From: a virus
DNA length: 64,000 bases
IMG/VR virus record: IMGVR_UViG_3300029554_000010
Span: 8,938 to 72,937 of that record
Reading direction: 5' to 3' (one strand)
A program made the translations under genes and the position numbers. The notes below the pieces were generated by a model that was given only the letters and a program-made list of their open reading frames with translations, searched no databases and was not told the DNA's origin. Of this stretch, positions 17,747-27,742 are shown in pieces. Position 1 is the first letter of the stretch, and the number at the start of each line of letters is the position of its first letter.

Positions 17747-18198
17747 ACAGGGCAGAGAGAAGAAGGCAGCAGAAAGCAGTTGAGAAAACACGCTTAAATG
17801 CACCATATAATTTCAAAAATTTCAGTTTGGAGCAAATTTCAAAAGCAGCAGGGGCAAGAGTAGAATCTCTGAAATTGTACTTAAAACAGCGTGAAGATGA
17901 AATGCGCAAGGAAATATCGGAAGAACTGATTTCAGAATCACAAAAAAAGCTTTGGAAAGCAGAGGATTATATCGCAGTTGCAAATGTTCTTATCAGTTTG
18001 TTTGCAATTAAGAAAACATGGGGATTTACAAAATCCAATCAGAGATTCTTAGAAAACCTAAACTCTGCCAAAGAACACATTGAAGAAGTTGGAATTGAAA
18101 AAGCATACCAGGAAGCAAAAGAAACAATGGGAATTAAACTTGAATTTGATTCCATAAATATAAATAAAGAATTTGGATTTGGAGAAAGTGAGGACTAA
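17743..18198 (+). CDS. hypothetical protein
   Basis: coupled ORF, 151 aa. Confidence 0.4.
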   Translation: MNRAERRRQQKAVEKTRLNAPYNFKNFSLEQISKAAGARVESLKLYLKQREDEMRKEISEELISESQKKLWKAEDYIAVANVLISLFAIKKTWGFTKSNQRFLENLNSAKEHIEEVGIEKAYQEAKETMGIKLEFDSININKEFGFGESED

Positions 18199-18200
18199 TC

Positions 18201-18542
18201 ATGACAGAGAATTGCAATGAATGCAGCATTGCGTGGATTCGCGGTGGTGAGTACGCAGAAGTATCAGCGCATAACGGCAGTAAGATGAAAGGAAGAGTCC
18301 TGAAGCTTGCAGAACAGCATCCAGAAGATGTGAAGATTCTGGTCACAAACAAAGATGGTTCCATATTTGCCCATGTCCCAGTTAAGTACGTGAAATTACG
18401 AGCACCAAGAGAATTGACCGAAGAGCAGAGAACAGAACTGATCGAACGTGGAAAGAATATGTCCAGAAATAAATCAACTGATTGTGAAGAAACGTCAGAT
18501 TTCGATTCTGGTGATGATAACGAGGAAATGTTCACATTTTGA
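18201..18542 (+). CDS. hypothetical protein
   Basis: 113 aa ORF. Confidence 0.4.
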   Translation: MTENCNECSIAWIRGGEYAEVSAHNGSKMKGRVLKLAEQHPEDVKILVTNKDGSIFAHVPVKYVKLRAPRELTEEQRTELIERGKNMSRNKSTDCEETSDFDSGDDNEEMFTF

Positions 18543-18564
18543 TGAAAGGCGGTTTTAGATAAAA

Positions 18565-18792
18565 ATGAGCAAAGTAAAATCTTATGGTTTAAAAGCCTAC
18601 GTATCCAATGCATTTGACCTATGTGTTGGAAAAAGAATCAAATACGCAGAATGTGGTGAGGACGGAATAGAACATATCTATGAAGTAAAACAGATGTTTC
18701 CATTTTGCGTTTTACTGGAAGATATTTTCGATCACACAAGAATTTGCCCTTGTTATAGCAAATTAAGTTTGATGTTAAGAGGGATTGAATAA
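18565..18792 (+). CDS. hypothetical small protein
   Basis: 75 aa ORF. Confidence 0.35.
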   Translation: MSKVKSYGLKAYVSNAFDLCVGKRIKYAECGEDGIEHIYEVKQMFPFCVLLEDIFDHTRICPCYSKLSLMLRGIE

Positions 18793-18821
18793 AAATCTGG
18801 TTAAGAAGATGGGAGTATAGG

Positions 18822-19712
18822 ATGGATTTAGAACAAAAAGCAATTGAGAGAATTCGACTTGCGTCTGATCTCTCGTTGAAACATTATAACAAACCACTTG
18901 TATGTGAGTATTCCGGTGGAAAGGATTCAGATGTACTTCTGGAATTGTTCAGAATATCTGGAATTCCGTTTGAGGTTCATAATTCACATACCACTGTTGA
19001 CGCGCCGCAGACAGTAAGGCATATCAAAAATGTGTTTTCAGAATTGGCAGACAATGGTATCAAATGCGAGATCGACTATCATGTACAGGAAAACGGAAAC
19101 CGTCTTACAATGTGGAATCTCATTCCCAGAAAGCTAATGCCACCGACCAGAATTGTTCGGTATTGCTGTTCAGAACTGAAAGAAGGTGGGAATCCTAACA
19201 GAATGATCGCAACAGGCGTTAGATGGTCTGAAAGCAGTAAGAGAAGCAACAGAAGCCCATTTGAAGTATTAGGGCAGACGGCAAGTAAAAGCATAGGTGT
19301 TTCTGATGAAAAAATGCTTATCACTGACAATGATAATACTAGAAGATTATTTGAAAATTGCCAAATGAAAGCAAAAACAGTAGTCAATCCGATAATTGAT
19401 TGGACAGATCAAAATATCTGGCAGTTCATTGGTGAGAAAGACATTCAGGTATGCGAACTGTATCAATACGGATATGATCGATTAGGCTGTTTGGGTTGTC
19501 CACTTGCATCAAAGAAGCAGAGGGAAAAGGAAATGTATGATTTTCCAAAGCACAAGCAAGCCTACATTCGTTCCTTTGACAGAATGCTTCAGGAGCGAAA
19601 GCAGCGCGGAAAAGATACAAAGTGGAGTTGTGGAGAAGAAGTTTATCTATGGTGGATGCAAGACAACAATATCGTTAGTCAGATGGAATTATCTGATTTT
19701 ATTGAGTATTAA
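18822..19712 (+). CDS. phosphoadenosine-phosphosulfate-reductase-family protein (PP-loop ATPase)
   Basis: PP-loop motif EYSGGKDSDVL; family often found in phage DNA-modification and anti-restriction contexts. Confidence 0.7.
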   Translation: MDLEQKAIERIRLASDLSLKHYNKPLVCEYSGGKDSDVLLELFRISGIPFEVHNSHTTVDAPQTVRHIKNVFSELADNGIKCEIDYHVQENGNRLTMWNLIPRKLMPPTRIVRYCCSELKEGGNPNRMIATGVRWSESSKRSNRSPFEVLGQTASKSIGVSDEKMLITDNDNTRRLFENCQMKAKTVVNPIIDWTDQNIWQFIGEKDIQVCELYQYGYDRLGCLGCPLASKKQREKEMYDFPKHKQAYIRSFDRMLQERKQRGKDTKWSCGEEVYLWWMQDNNIVSQMELSDFIEY

Positions 19713-19774
19713 AATCATGTACTAACTGCACAATAGCGTGTCAGTTGCTTACATGGGGAAAGTGATGATGGAAA

Positions 19775-20017
19775 ATGAGAAAGAATAATTACACTTCATT
19801 TTTAAAAATCAAGCCAAAGAAAGTAGAGAGATACATCCGTTGCAGAAAATGTGGCGGAAACATGGAATGGAGCAGGGACTTTCCACCACAAATTAAATGC
19901 CCGAAGTGCGGATATACTGTATATCCAAAACCTTATGAGCCAGATTGTACCAAACTGCCAGAAACATGGGAAGAATATTTTGAATTATATAAGAAAGTGA
20001 GGATGAAAAATGGATAA
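19775..20017 (+). CDS. small zinc-ribbon protein
   Basis: CRKCGG...CPKCGY. Confidence 0.45.
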   Translation: MRKNNYTSFLKIKPKKVERYIRCRKCGGNMEWSRDFPPQIKCPKCGYTVYPKPYEPDCTKLPETWEEYFELYKKVRMKNG

Positions 20018-20210
20018 ATTAAAACCTTGTCCGTTTTGCGGAGAAGAGGCGCGAATTTTTACCGATGATGAAATGGGATATTTAGGTAATGCTCAGTATC
20101 TTGTAAAATGCGGTAACTGTCTTTGCGGTACAGGACATTATAACAATCCCGAATATGCAATAGAAGCATGGAATAAAAGAGCGAAAGATAAGGAGGACGC
20201 GAAATGTTAA
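20010..20210 (+). CDS. Lar-family restriction-alleviation-like protein
   Basis: LKPCPFCGEEARIF...VKCGNC...AIEAWNKRA pattern typical of the Lar family. Confidence 0.55.
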   Translation: MDKLKPCPFCGEEARIFTDDEMGYLGNAQYLVKCGNCLCGTGHYNNPEYAIEAWNKRAKDKEDAKC

Positions 20211-20437
20211 TTAGAAGTCAGGATAAAACAATTTTATTAAACTTTAGCAATTTGACTGTAGTTTATATTGCGAAAAATGACAAGGATTTTGTTATTTCAA
20301 GCCTAGAGAACGAAAACAGATATAGACTTGGTGGATACTCCTCAGAAGCAAAAGCCATGAAAGTACTGGATATGATTCAGGAAGCCTATGTAAATGGACA
20401 TATTGATTATCAGATGCCAGAAGATAGTGAGGTGTAA
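20204..20437 (+). CDS. hypothetical protein
   Basis: 77 aa ORF. Confidence 0.4.
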   Translation: MLIRSQDKTILLNFSNLTVVYIAKNDKDFVISSLENENRYRLGGYSSEAKAMKVLDMIQEAYVNGHIDYQMPEDSEV

Positions 20438-20612
20438 GTATGAACAAGACCAATATTGGCTCTTTGAAACATGGAGATGTTTTCCAATATAAATGCGAAA
20501 TGTATAGAGCTGGACATGTAATCGAAAATACAGATGGATATGTTTCTTGCACAAATATCAAAACACGCAAAGTTGAAAGGATTTACATAGATACAGAAGT
20601 GGAGGTGGAAGT

Positions 20613-20939
20613 ATGAGCCATATCAAAGACAGATTATCGGATTATCATGATTTCATGAAGAAACTTGCGGATGGCCACCAGATGGTTTTAGCAAGTGATG
20701 TTCTGGAAATGATAGAGCAGCTTCAAGATGATCTGGAACAGGACGAGAAAGAAAATGGTTGGATTCCAGTCAGTGATAGATTACCGGAAGACGGAACATA
20801 TATCACTACTTTAGACGGAGAGCTTGTCGGACAGGAAGAACCATTCACGGGAATGTGCGGTATCGAAAATGGAAAATGGGATGATGAAGACTGTGTTATT
20901 GCCTGGATGCCACTTCCAGAACCATATAAGGAGGACTAA
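20613..20939 (+). CDS. DUF551-like phage protein (second copy, C-terminal IAWMPLPEPYKED)
   Basis: same C-terminal motif as 15705-16079. Confidence 0.5.
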   Translation: MSHIKDRLSDYHDFMKKLADGHQMVLASDVLEMIEQLQDDLEQDEKENGWIPVSDRLPEDGTYITTLDGELVGQEEPFTGMCGIENGKWDDEDCVIAWMPLPEPYKED

Positions 20940-21206
20940 ATGGGATATTGCAAATTAGAGTGTCCGGACGGTGAAACAGAGTGCTGCATCTGCTGTACTA
21001 AGAATGATTCTTGCCAGTGCAAATGTGATGATATGGACAGTTATGAATATGCAGAAGATTGCGAAGATTATGTTGAGGAGGATGAGCCATGATTACATTT
21101 TTATTAGGACTTGCGATTGGAGGAATCATATTTGGGTTGGTCGGTCTTGGATGCATAGCGATTATGTACGATAAGCACCACCCAGACGATTAGAAAGGAG
21201 AACGGT

Positions 21207-21521
21207 ATGCTGACAAGGAATAAAAAGTTGAAAGACTACGGTATTCCGGCAGAGGACATAGAAAAACTGAATACGATGCTGAAAGACTTCCCGGCAGAGT
21301 ACGGATACCTGCTTTCCAGTGCTGCCTTGTCAGCTTGCCCGAAAAACACGGTGATAGCGGATATGGTTATCGAAAATATCCTACACCGGAAAAGCTACAG
21401 GAAAATCAGCAGAGAAAGATATATCCCGATGAATCCGAAGGACTTTTACGGATACAGGCGCAAGACCGTCGCTGTACTGTATGAGAGGATGCGGTTGTTG
21501 GGAGTGTGGGAGGAAAAATAA
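21207..21521 (+). CDS. hypothetical protein
   Basis: 104 aa ORF. Confidence 0.4.
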   Translation: MLTRNKKLKDYGIPAEDIEKLNTMLKDFPAEYGYLLSSAALSACPKNTVIADMVIENILHRKSYRKISRERYIPMNPKDFYGYRRKTVAVLYERMRLLGVWEEK

Positions 21522-21902
21522 ATGAAAGAATATAAATGTCCAAAGTGCAATAGTAAAAACCTTTTTGTCAAGAAAGTTGGGAATAATACGGGATTGTATT
21601 GCGGGGATTGCGGTGCATGGATTAAATGGGTCGGGAAAAATGAGCTGAGAGCGTTTGAATATTTAACTAAGCAGAAACACGTAGACGATGCTAATAGCAA
21701 ACAAGACGATATTGCAAGCATCATTTATAGCACTCTCGATCATATGTATTGCGATAATTGCAGATTCAATAGCGAAATTAAAGAAAGTGATAATGGTGAA
21801 TGGAACTGTGATGAATGCCACAGAAAATATAATGGATGGGGAATTTCCATGCAGGAAAGTAATAAAATTGCAAAAGAAATTTTAAAACAGTTAGGAGAAT
21901 AG
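21522..21902 (+). CDS. double zinc-ribbon protein
   Basis: CPKCNS...CGDCGAW and CDNC...CDECH. Confidence 0.45.
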   Translation: MKEYKCPKCNSKNLFVKKVGNNTGLYCGDCGAWIKWVGKNELRAFEYLTKQKHVDDANSKQDDIASIIYSTLDHMYCDNCRFNSEIKESDNGEWNCDECHRKYNGWGISMQESNKIAKEILKQLGE

Positions 21903-21905
21903 AAT

Positions 21906-22145
21906 ATGAGCAGACTGATTGATGCAGACAAAATAATTGACTCTCTTGGAAATTCGGATATGGATTTTGCAATAGGTGCAGTTATTGACGAACAGCCGAC
22001 AGTTTTTGATGTGGACAAGGTTATTAGTGAATTGAAAAGAGATAAATTCGTTGAATCCGAATGTATCTTATCTGATGTACATCAAGGATACAATGCTGGA
22101 CTGAACAGAGCAATAGAAATCGTGAAAGGCGGTGGAGTTGAATGA
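21906..22145 (+). CDS. hypothetical protein
   Basis: 79 aa ORF. Confidence 0.4.
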   Translation: MSRLIDADKIIDSLGNSDMDFAIGAVIDEQPTVFDVDKVISELKRDKFVESECILSDVHQGYNAGLNRAIEIVKGGGVE

Positions 22146-22570
22146 GAGAAATTCTTTTCAAGGCAAAGCGGATTGATAACGGTGAATGGATTGAGGGAAG
22201 CCTCATAGATTTAGATATTGACAGCGGATATTGTTATATTGTTCCGCCGTATAAAAAAGCAAGTATATTGCCAATCAACTTTTTGATAACAGGCAGAATG
22301 GAATTGGTTGCTTCAGAAACTCTCTGTCAGTTCACAGGTCTTTATGACAAGAACGGGAAGAAAATTTGGGAAAATGACATTCTGATGGCTCATTTGGATG
22401 AATCTTGCCCAGAAGATGCGACATATGAAACCGTTGAATGGGGCGTTGCTGGATTTGTAACACACGAAGCCGGTAGCACGGAGAGAGAACACTTTGATGA
22501 GTTTGATCTGGAACATTTTGAAGTTGTTGGAAACATTTTCGACAATAAAGAATTATTACGGGAGGAATGA
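22142..22570 (+). CDS. YopX-family phage protein
   Basis: N-terminus MREILFKAKRIDNGEWIEGSLI is typical of YopX. Confidence 0.6.
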   Translation: MREILFKAKRIDNGEWIEGSLIDLDIDSGYCYIVPPYKKASILPINFLITGRMELVASETLCQFTGLYDKNGKKIWENDILMAHLDESCPEDATYETVEWGVAGFVTHEAGSTEREHFDEFDLEHFEVVGNIFDNKELLREE

Positions 22571-22829
22571 GATGAGTAAATCAGTATTAGTGATAAATAC
22601 GCCAAAATATTGTGCTTTATGCGTTTTACGCAGTGGAGTGCATCACCCGTTCTGTAGGGTAAACAATAGAGATATTACAGATTTGAGTATTAGACCTGAT
22701 TGGTGTCCGCTTATGGATTTGCCAGAGAAAGACAATGGAGATTATCCATCTAATACATTTGATGCAGGATTTGCAGAGGGCTGGAATCAGTGTATTGATG
22801 AGATTACAGGAGGAAATGCAGATGATTGA
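22571..22829 (+). CDS. hypothetical Cys-containing protein
   Basis: probable real start MSKSVLVIN. Confidence 0.35.
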
Positions 22830-23226
22830 TTTAAGAAATACATGTGTTCTGGTTAGAACAAAAGAGGAAAACGAAATGCTTCTTAAAGAAGCTGAAAAAC
22901 AGGGATTCCAATGGCCTACAAAAAACCATTGCAGACCATTACCAAAACAACATTTTCCAGACATCTTAAAATTTTATGAAGATAAAGATGTTACCCGCGA
23001 AGCACATATTGGCCCAGACTCAACTTTCTACGAAGCATCAGAACTCCTCGGGACAAAAGAAATGACAGCAAGAGAGTTTATTGAGCGGATTGCAGATGTA
23101 AGCAATTGTTGCGAACGTGAATGTATAGGATGTGTGTTGGACAACAGGAATAATAGTGCAACATGGATTTGTGCAATACACGTAATTTTGAAGCTGGCAG
23201 TTGAGAAGTTAAAAGAGGTGAAGTAG
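22819..23226 (+). CDS. hypothetical protein
   Basis: probable start MIDLRNTCVLV. Confidence 0.4.
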   Translation, partial: QMIDLRNTCVLVRTKEENEMLLKEAEKQGFQWPTKNHCRPLPKQHFPDILKFYEDKDVTREAHIGPDSTFYEASELLGTKEMTAREFIERIADVSNCCERECIGCVLDNRNNSATWICAIHVILKLAVEKLKEVK

Positions 23227-23598
23227 ATGGATAGATGGACTGAAAGATTTAATAGCGATGGCGAAAAAGCTATTGCAATACATGACGGAAGTGATTTTCT
23301 GGATACTTGTTTCGAGGGAGAAAGAGAATATGATGTAATGAATGCACTCGCTGAATATGAAGATTTAGAAGAACAGGGCTTGCTTGTGAGATTGCCGTGT
23401 CCTATCGGCACAACTGTATGGGATATATGCGGAATGGACATTCGGGAAAATGTGGTAAGCGGACTTGAATATGACAAAGGCGCTAAATGGTTTTTATGGG
23501 CAAATGAGGACGAGTGTCTTGGAGAGTTAAATGTTTTGGTATTCCTCACCCGTGAAGAAGTTGAGAAGAAGTTGAAGAAACTCAAAAATGAAATTTAA
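23227..23598 (+). CDS. hypothetical protein
   Basis: 123 aa ORF. Confidence 0.4.
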   Translation: MDRWTERFNSDGEKAIAIHDGSDFLDTCFEGEREYDVMNALAEYEDLEEQGLLVRLPCPIGTTVWDICGMDIRENVVSGLEYDKGAKWFLWANEDECLGELNVLVFLTREEVEKKLKKLKNEI

Positions 23599-23806
23599 AG
23601 AATTTGTAAACTGGTGCAATGAAAGAGCATTTGATGGATGCTGGGGAATGTTAGAAGCAATAGCGTGTATTAATTTAATAAATGAGATTATGAAAATCCA
23701 ATTTTGGAAAAGAGAAAAAATCTGGAAAGAAAATTATGAGCAACAGGTATTGGAAGAGATTATTAATCCGATAGAGAAGAAGTTGGAGGAGATGAAGAAT
23801 GGCTGA
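23588..23806 (+). CDS. hypothetical protein
   Basis: 72 aa ORF. Confidence 0.35.
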   Translation: MKFKEFVNWCNERAFDGCWGMLEAIACINLINEIMKIQFWKREKIWKENYEQQVLEEIINPIEKKLEEMKNG

Positions 23807-23967
23807 ATATGTTAAAAAGTCAGATGTAATAAAAATCATGGAAAATAATTCTCACATGATAGAGGTATTTGGAGTTAAGAAGAAAATGATTGACGGATTC
23901 GCAATGGGTTGTGATTTCACAGATCTGGAAACTGTCAGTATTGAGGAGGACGATAAGGAGGATTAAC

Positions 23968-24282
23968 ATGAAACCAGAAGAAGCAAAAGACATATTATCC
24001 GATATGAGAGACTAGCATTTATGTTTCCTTGAAAGTTCTGAAAACAAAGATGAATGGCAGAAAAAATATCTCAAGGAAGCATGGGCGTGTGATTCCGGAG
24101 CAAAAGCATTGGAAAAACAGATTCCATGCAAACCTGAAGAATATGTTCCAGATTTTCCGTACAATATATTTTCCACTCAAAAATGTGCGAAATGCGGAAC
24201 ACCTGTTATTGGTAAAAAAATAAGCAAGTACTGTTTTGAATGCGGGCAGAAAATTGACTGGAGCGAAGAAAATGACATATAA
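23968..24282 (+). pseudogene. zinc-ribbon protein reading frame interrupted by an in-frame TAG at 24013-24015
   Basis: MKPEEAKDILSDMRD-TAG-HLCFLESSENKDEWQKKYLKEAW...CAKCGTPVIGKKISKYCFECGQKIDWSEEND is continuous in one frame; no start codon between the TAG and the zinc-ribbon part. Confidence 0.3.
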
Positions 24283-24529
24283 CATTGACGAAAGCGTTAT
24301 TGCTAGAAGTGTTGACCATTACGGAGAAGAAATTCAGGCAACCGTCTGCATGGAGGAATGTGCGGAACTTATACAAGCAATCAGTGAGGAAAAACGTGGA
24401 AAATCGACCGTGATAACATGATAAAAGAAATTGCAGATGTGTTGATCTGCATCGAAATGCTAAAGCAAATGTATATGATTTCCGAAGATAAAATTAATAA
24501 GTGGATTGAGAAGAAACAAGCGAAATAAG
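24272..24529 (+). pseudogene. MazG-like NTP-pyrophosphohydrolase split by a frameshift near 24400-24420
   Basis: N-terminal part ...EECAELIQAISEEKRGK ends at 24421; C-terminal part MIKEIADVLICIEMLKQMY continues in another frame from 24419. Confidence 0.35.
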
Positions 24530-24547
24530 CAGAAAGGATGGAAAAGA

Positions 24548-25669
24548 ATGAATAAGAAAGAAATCGCAGAAATTAAGAAACAGTTTACTCCAGTCAATTG
24601 CACAATCACACGCATTTGTGGTTGTTATGTGGACGCAGAAAAGAACAAGAAAACCAAAATTAAGGAAGCATTCCTGTCTCTTCCAGAGGAAGAAATGTTT
24701 AAGTATTTTGACATTTTCAAGAAAACCATGTCTGGCAGACTTGGAAAAAACCTTATGAACCTTGATTTTCCATTATCACAGGAAAAAGAGGGTGGAACAC
24801 AGGAATTTCTTATGCGGATTAGAGCAAGTAAGCTTAAAAATGACGAACTTTTGGACGAGTTCTACGACAAAGTGATTGAAAATTACGATTATCACGAAAA
24901 TTACTACATAGTTCTCATTCATGCAGTATATGACATTCCAGGAAAAGTTTCTGATGGAACCGAAATGCATGATGCATCAGAAGAAATTTATGAACACATT
25001 CTGTGCAGCATTTGTCCAGTAAATCTTTCAAAGGCTGGGCTTAGCTATGATGTGGCTGAAAATAACATCAAAGACAGAATTCGTGATTGGGTAGTCTCAA
25101 GACCAGAAACAGGATTCTTATTTCCTGTATTCAATGGCAGAAGCACTGATATTCATGAAACCTTGTATTTCAACAAAAACATAAAGAATATTCATCCCGA
25201 CTTCATTGAAAACGTTCTTGGCGCACCAATTCCCCGTACACCCGGCAACGAGATCAATGTCTTTTCAGATTTTATTATGGACAATTTCGAAGGAAATACA
25301 ACATTCAATTTCGCGGAAAGTCTGGTTGAATCTTTGCAGGAAGTAAGAGAACAGAAGAAAGACAGCCCGGAGATGGTAACCGTGTCATGTGATGAAATGG
25401 AACAGATTTTTGGATATTGCGGAGTTCCAGACGAGAAGTTGTCGGATTTCAAAGAAAACTGGGAAATGTATTTCAGCAATGAACCCGTTGCTCTTGACAA
25501 TATTCATAATTCAAAAACTGCAAAAATTGTAACACCAGATGCAACAATCTGCATCCAGCCAGATAAAATTGCTCTGATTGAACTGAAAGAAATAAACGGT
25601 GTTCCATCTCTTGTAATTCCGGTAAATGGAGAACTGAAAATCAATGGAATGGAAGTTAAATTAAAATAA
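24548..25669 (+). CDS. DUF4317-like protein
   Basis: N-terminus MNKKEIAEIKKQFTPVNCTITRICGCYVD matches what I recall of DUF4317 proteins of Clostridia. Confidence 0.45.
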   Translation: MNKKEIAEIKKQFTPVNCTITRICGCYVDAEKNKKTKIKEAFLSLPEEEMFKYFDIFKKTMSGRLGKNLMNLDFPLSQEKEGGTQEFLMRIRASKLKNDELLDEFYDKVIENYDYHENYYIVLIHAVYDIPGKVSDGTEMHDASEEIYEHILCSICPVNLSKAGLSYDVAENNIKDRIRDWVVSRPETGFLFPVFNGRSTDIHETLYFNKNIKNIHPDFIENVLGAPIPRTPGNEINVFSDFIMDNFEGNTTFNFAESLVESLQEVREQKKDSPEMVTVSCDEMEQIFGYCGVPDEKLSDFKENWEMYFSNEPVALDNIHNSKTAKIVTPDATICIQPDKIALIELKEINGVPSLVIPVNGELKINGMEVKLK

Positions 25670-25675
25670 ACACTT

Positions 25676-26623
25676 TTGAAAAACCAGGAATTGGAGAAAG
25701 GAATTTTAGAATTGGCACAGAAACGAATGTTTACGATGAAAATTGTTGACAGTGACGCATTTTTGGATATGCCGGCAACAACGCAATGCTTATATTTCCA
25801 TTTGAATATGAGGGCTGACGATGATGGATTTATTGGAAACCCAAAAAGGATAATGAAAATCACAGGAGCAAGCGAAGATGATCTGCGATTATTGATTGCA
25901 AAAAGGTTTGTTCTTACGTTTGAAGACGGTGTAATAGTAATCAAACACTGGCGAATGCATAACACATTGTCAAGAGATAGATACACGGAAACTTCATATA
26001 TTGACGAAAAGAGGATGTTGCTTTTAAAAGAGAATGGAAGCTATTCATTAGCAAGCGGAAATGTTATTGACGATACCAAATTAATAGAGCGTTCAAACCG
26101 TCAGACGCACAATAGACGCAACAAAGACGCAACAAAGACGCACGCAGAGAAAGATATAGGTTTAGATAAAGATATAGATATAGATAAAGAGAAAGATAAT
26201 AAATTAATAGTATCTAAAGATACTATTTGTCAGACTGATGTCCGACGCGTCATCGAAGAATGGAACAAATTACAGGAAGTTGGCATCAATCCAATACGCG
26301 ATATTAAACCATCATCAAAAAGATGTCAGTTACTCAAAGGGCGAATCCGTGAATACGGAATTGATGAAGTCCTTAGTGCAATCAACAACGTTCGCTACAG
26401 TGATTTTCTGCGAGGAGAGAATAACCGCGGATGGATGATAACATTTGACTGGTTCGTAAAGCCGAATAATTTTACAAAAGTTTTGGAAGGAAACTACAAT
26501 GTTATAAAAGGAGGCGACATCAAGCATGGAACCGGTAGAACAGCTCAAGCGCATGTCAAACCGCTTATCCCATTCGATCAATGCGGAGGAAGCAAAATCT
26601 CAGATACTCCATTTGCAGACTGA
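25676..26623 (+). CDS. phage replisome organizer (N-terminal domain)
   Basis: DAFLDMPATTQCLYFHLNMRADDDGFIGNPKRI...LIAKRFV...HW; the exact start is uncertain (TTG 25676 or ATG 25727). Confidence 0.65.
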   Translation: MKNQELEKGILELAQKRMFTMKIVDSDAFLDMPATTQCLYFHLNMRADDDGFIGNPKRIMKITGASEDDLRLLIAKRFVLTFEDGVIVIKHWRMHNTLSRDRYTETSYIDEKRMLLLKENGSYSLASGNVIDDTKLIERSNRQTHNRRNKDATKTHAEKDIGLDKDIDIDKEKDNKLIVSKDTICQTDVRRVIEEWNKLQEVGINPIRDIKPSSKRCQLLKGRIREYGIDEVLSAINNVRYSDFLRGENNRGWMITFDWFVKPNNFTKVLEGNYNVIKGGDIKHGTGRTAQAHVKPLIPFDQCGGSKISDTPFAD

Positions 26624-27383
26624 TTGTCCTGATTGTGGTGGTTCTGGTTGGATATGGTCAAGGGACGATAATGGCGTTCCATATTGTGAAGAATGCCATT
26701 GCGGAATCAGAAAGAAGATGATTTTGCAGAACCAGCTGCAATTTGCTGAAATGCCGGATATGTACAAGGAATGCAGATTTTCAAATATGAAAAGCAGCGT
26801 GTATCAACTTCCAGAAAGTAAGGAAATATTCATACAGGCGGCAAAAGCTGTTAAATATTGGCTCGAAAATATCCAACAGATGCAGAAACAGGGAATTGGG
26901 CTGTACATATATTCAAATACTAAAGGTTCTGGAAAGACAAGGCTTGTATGTAGCATGGCAAATGAGATGATAGAAAAACATCAGAAATCGGTAAAATTCA
27001 CAACATCCCTAAAAATTCTTGATGAGATAAAGTCAACATGGGGAGAACGAGGAAAAAACGCAGAGAATAAGCTGATTAGTGATTTGACTTACGCGGATAT
27101 TTTGATTATTGACGATTTTGGTGCGGAATCTGGGAAAGATTGGATTAATGAAAAATTCTACGGAATCATCAATGGTCGGTATGTGGACAAGAAAACCACA
27201 ATTTTCACCAGTAATTATCCTATTTCCCGATTGAAATATGATGACCACATTACGAACAGAATTTTAGAGCGATCATTGGAAATCCCTTTTCCTGAAGAAT
27301 CAGTCAGGGAACACATAGCGGATGCAATGAAACAGGAACTTATCAAAAAGATTCAAGGCGGTGAAAATGGAAAACAAGCGTAA
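26526..27383 (+). CDS. DnaC/IstB-like AAA+ helicase loader
   Basis: Walker A SNTKGSGKT, Walker B ILIIDDFGAE, N-terminal zinc-ribbon CPDCGGSG. Confidence 0.75.
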   Translation: MEPVEQLKRMSNRLSHSINAEEAKSQILHLQTDCPDCGGSGWIWSRDDNGVPYCEECHCGIRKKMILQNQLQFAEMPDMYKECRFSNMKSSVYQLPESKEIFIQAAKAVKYWLENIQQMQKQGIGLYIYSNTKGSGKTRLVCSMANEMIEKHQKSVKFTTSLKILDEIKSTWGERGKNAENKLISDLTYADILIIDDFGAESGKDWINEKFYGIINGRYVDKKTTIFTSNYPISRLKYDDHITNRILERSLEIPFPEESVREHIADAMKQELIKKIQGGENGKQA

Positions 27384-27621
27384 ACCGTGGATAAAATTGA
27401 CGCCACAAGAAATTCAGAATTTGACTAATCGTCAATGCGCAGACTGCAAGTTCTATCCGAAATCAAACGGCACATCAGGGAAAATGCAACCGTGCGATTA
27501 TATTTTTATGGTCGGCCATAGTCGAGGATGCGACCCAAGAGATTGCGTAAAAGAAGGCAAATTTGAATATGCAGCAACAAAGAAAAGGAGAAAAGTATGG
27601 AGGGCAAAGACGAAAAGTTAG
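27361..27621 (+). CDS. hypothetical Cys-containing protein
   Basis: 86 aa ORF. Confidence 0.35.
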   Translation: MKMENKRKPWIKLTPQEIQNLTNRQCADCKFYPKSNGTSGKMQPCDYIFMVGHSRGCDPRDCVKEGKFEYAATKKRRKVWRAKTKS

Positions 27622-27742
27622 ATATCACGCCAGAACTGGTGCTTATATGTAGGAAAGTAATACGACAATACGCAAAGCAAATTGGTAGGCATGATTGCCA
27701 CAAATGCGTCATATATGCAGAATGCGAGCATGACTTTGTCAG

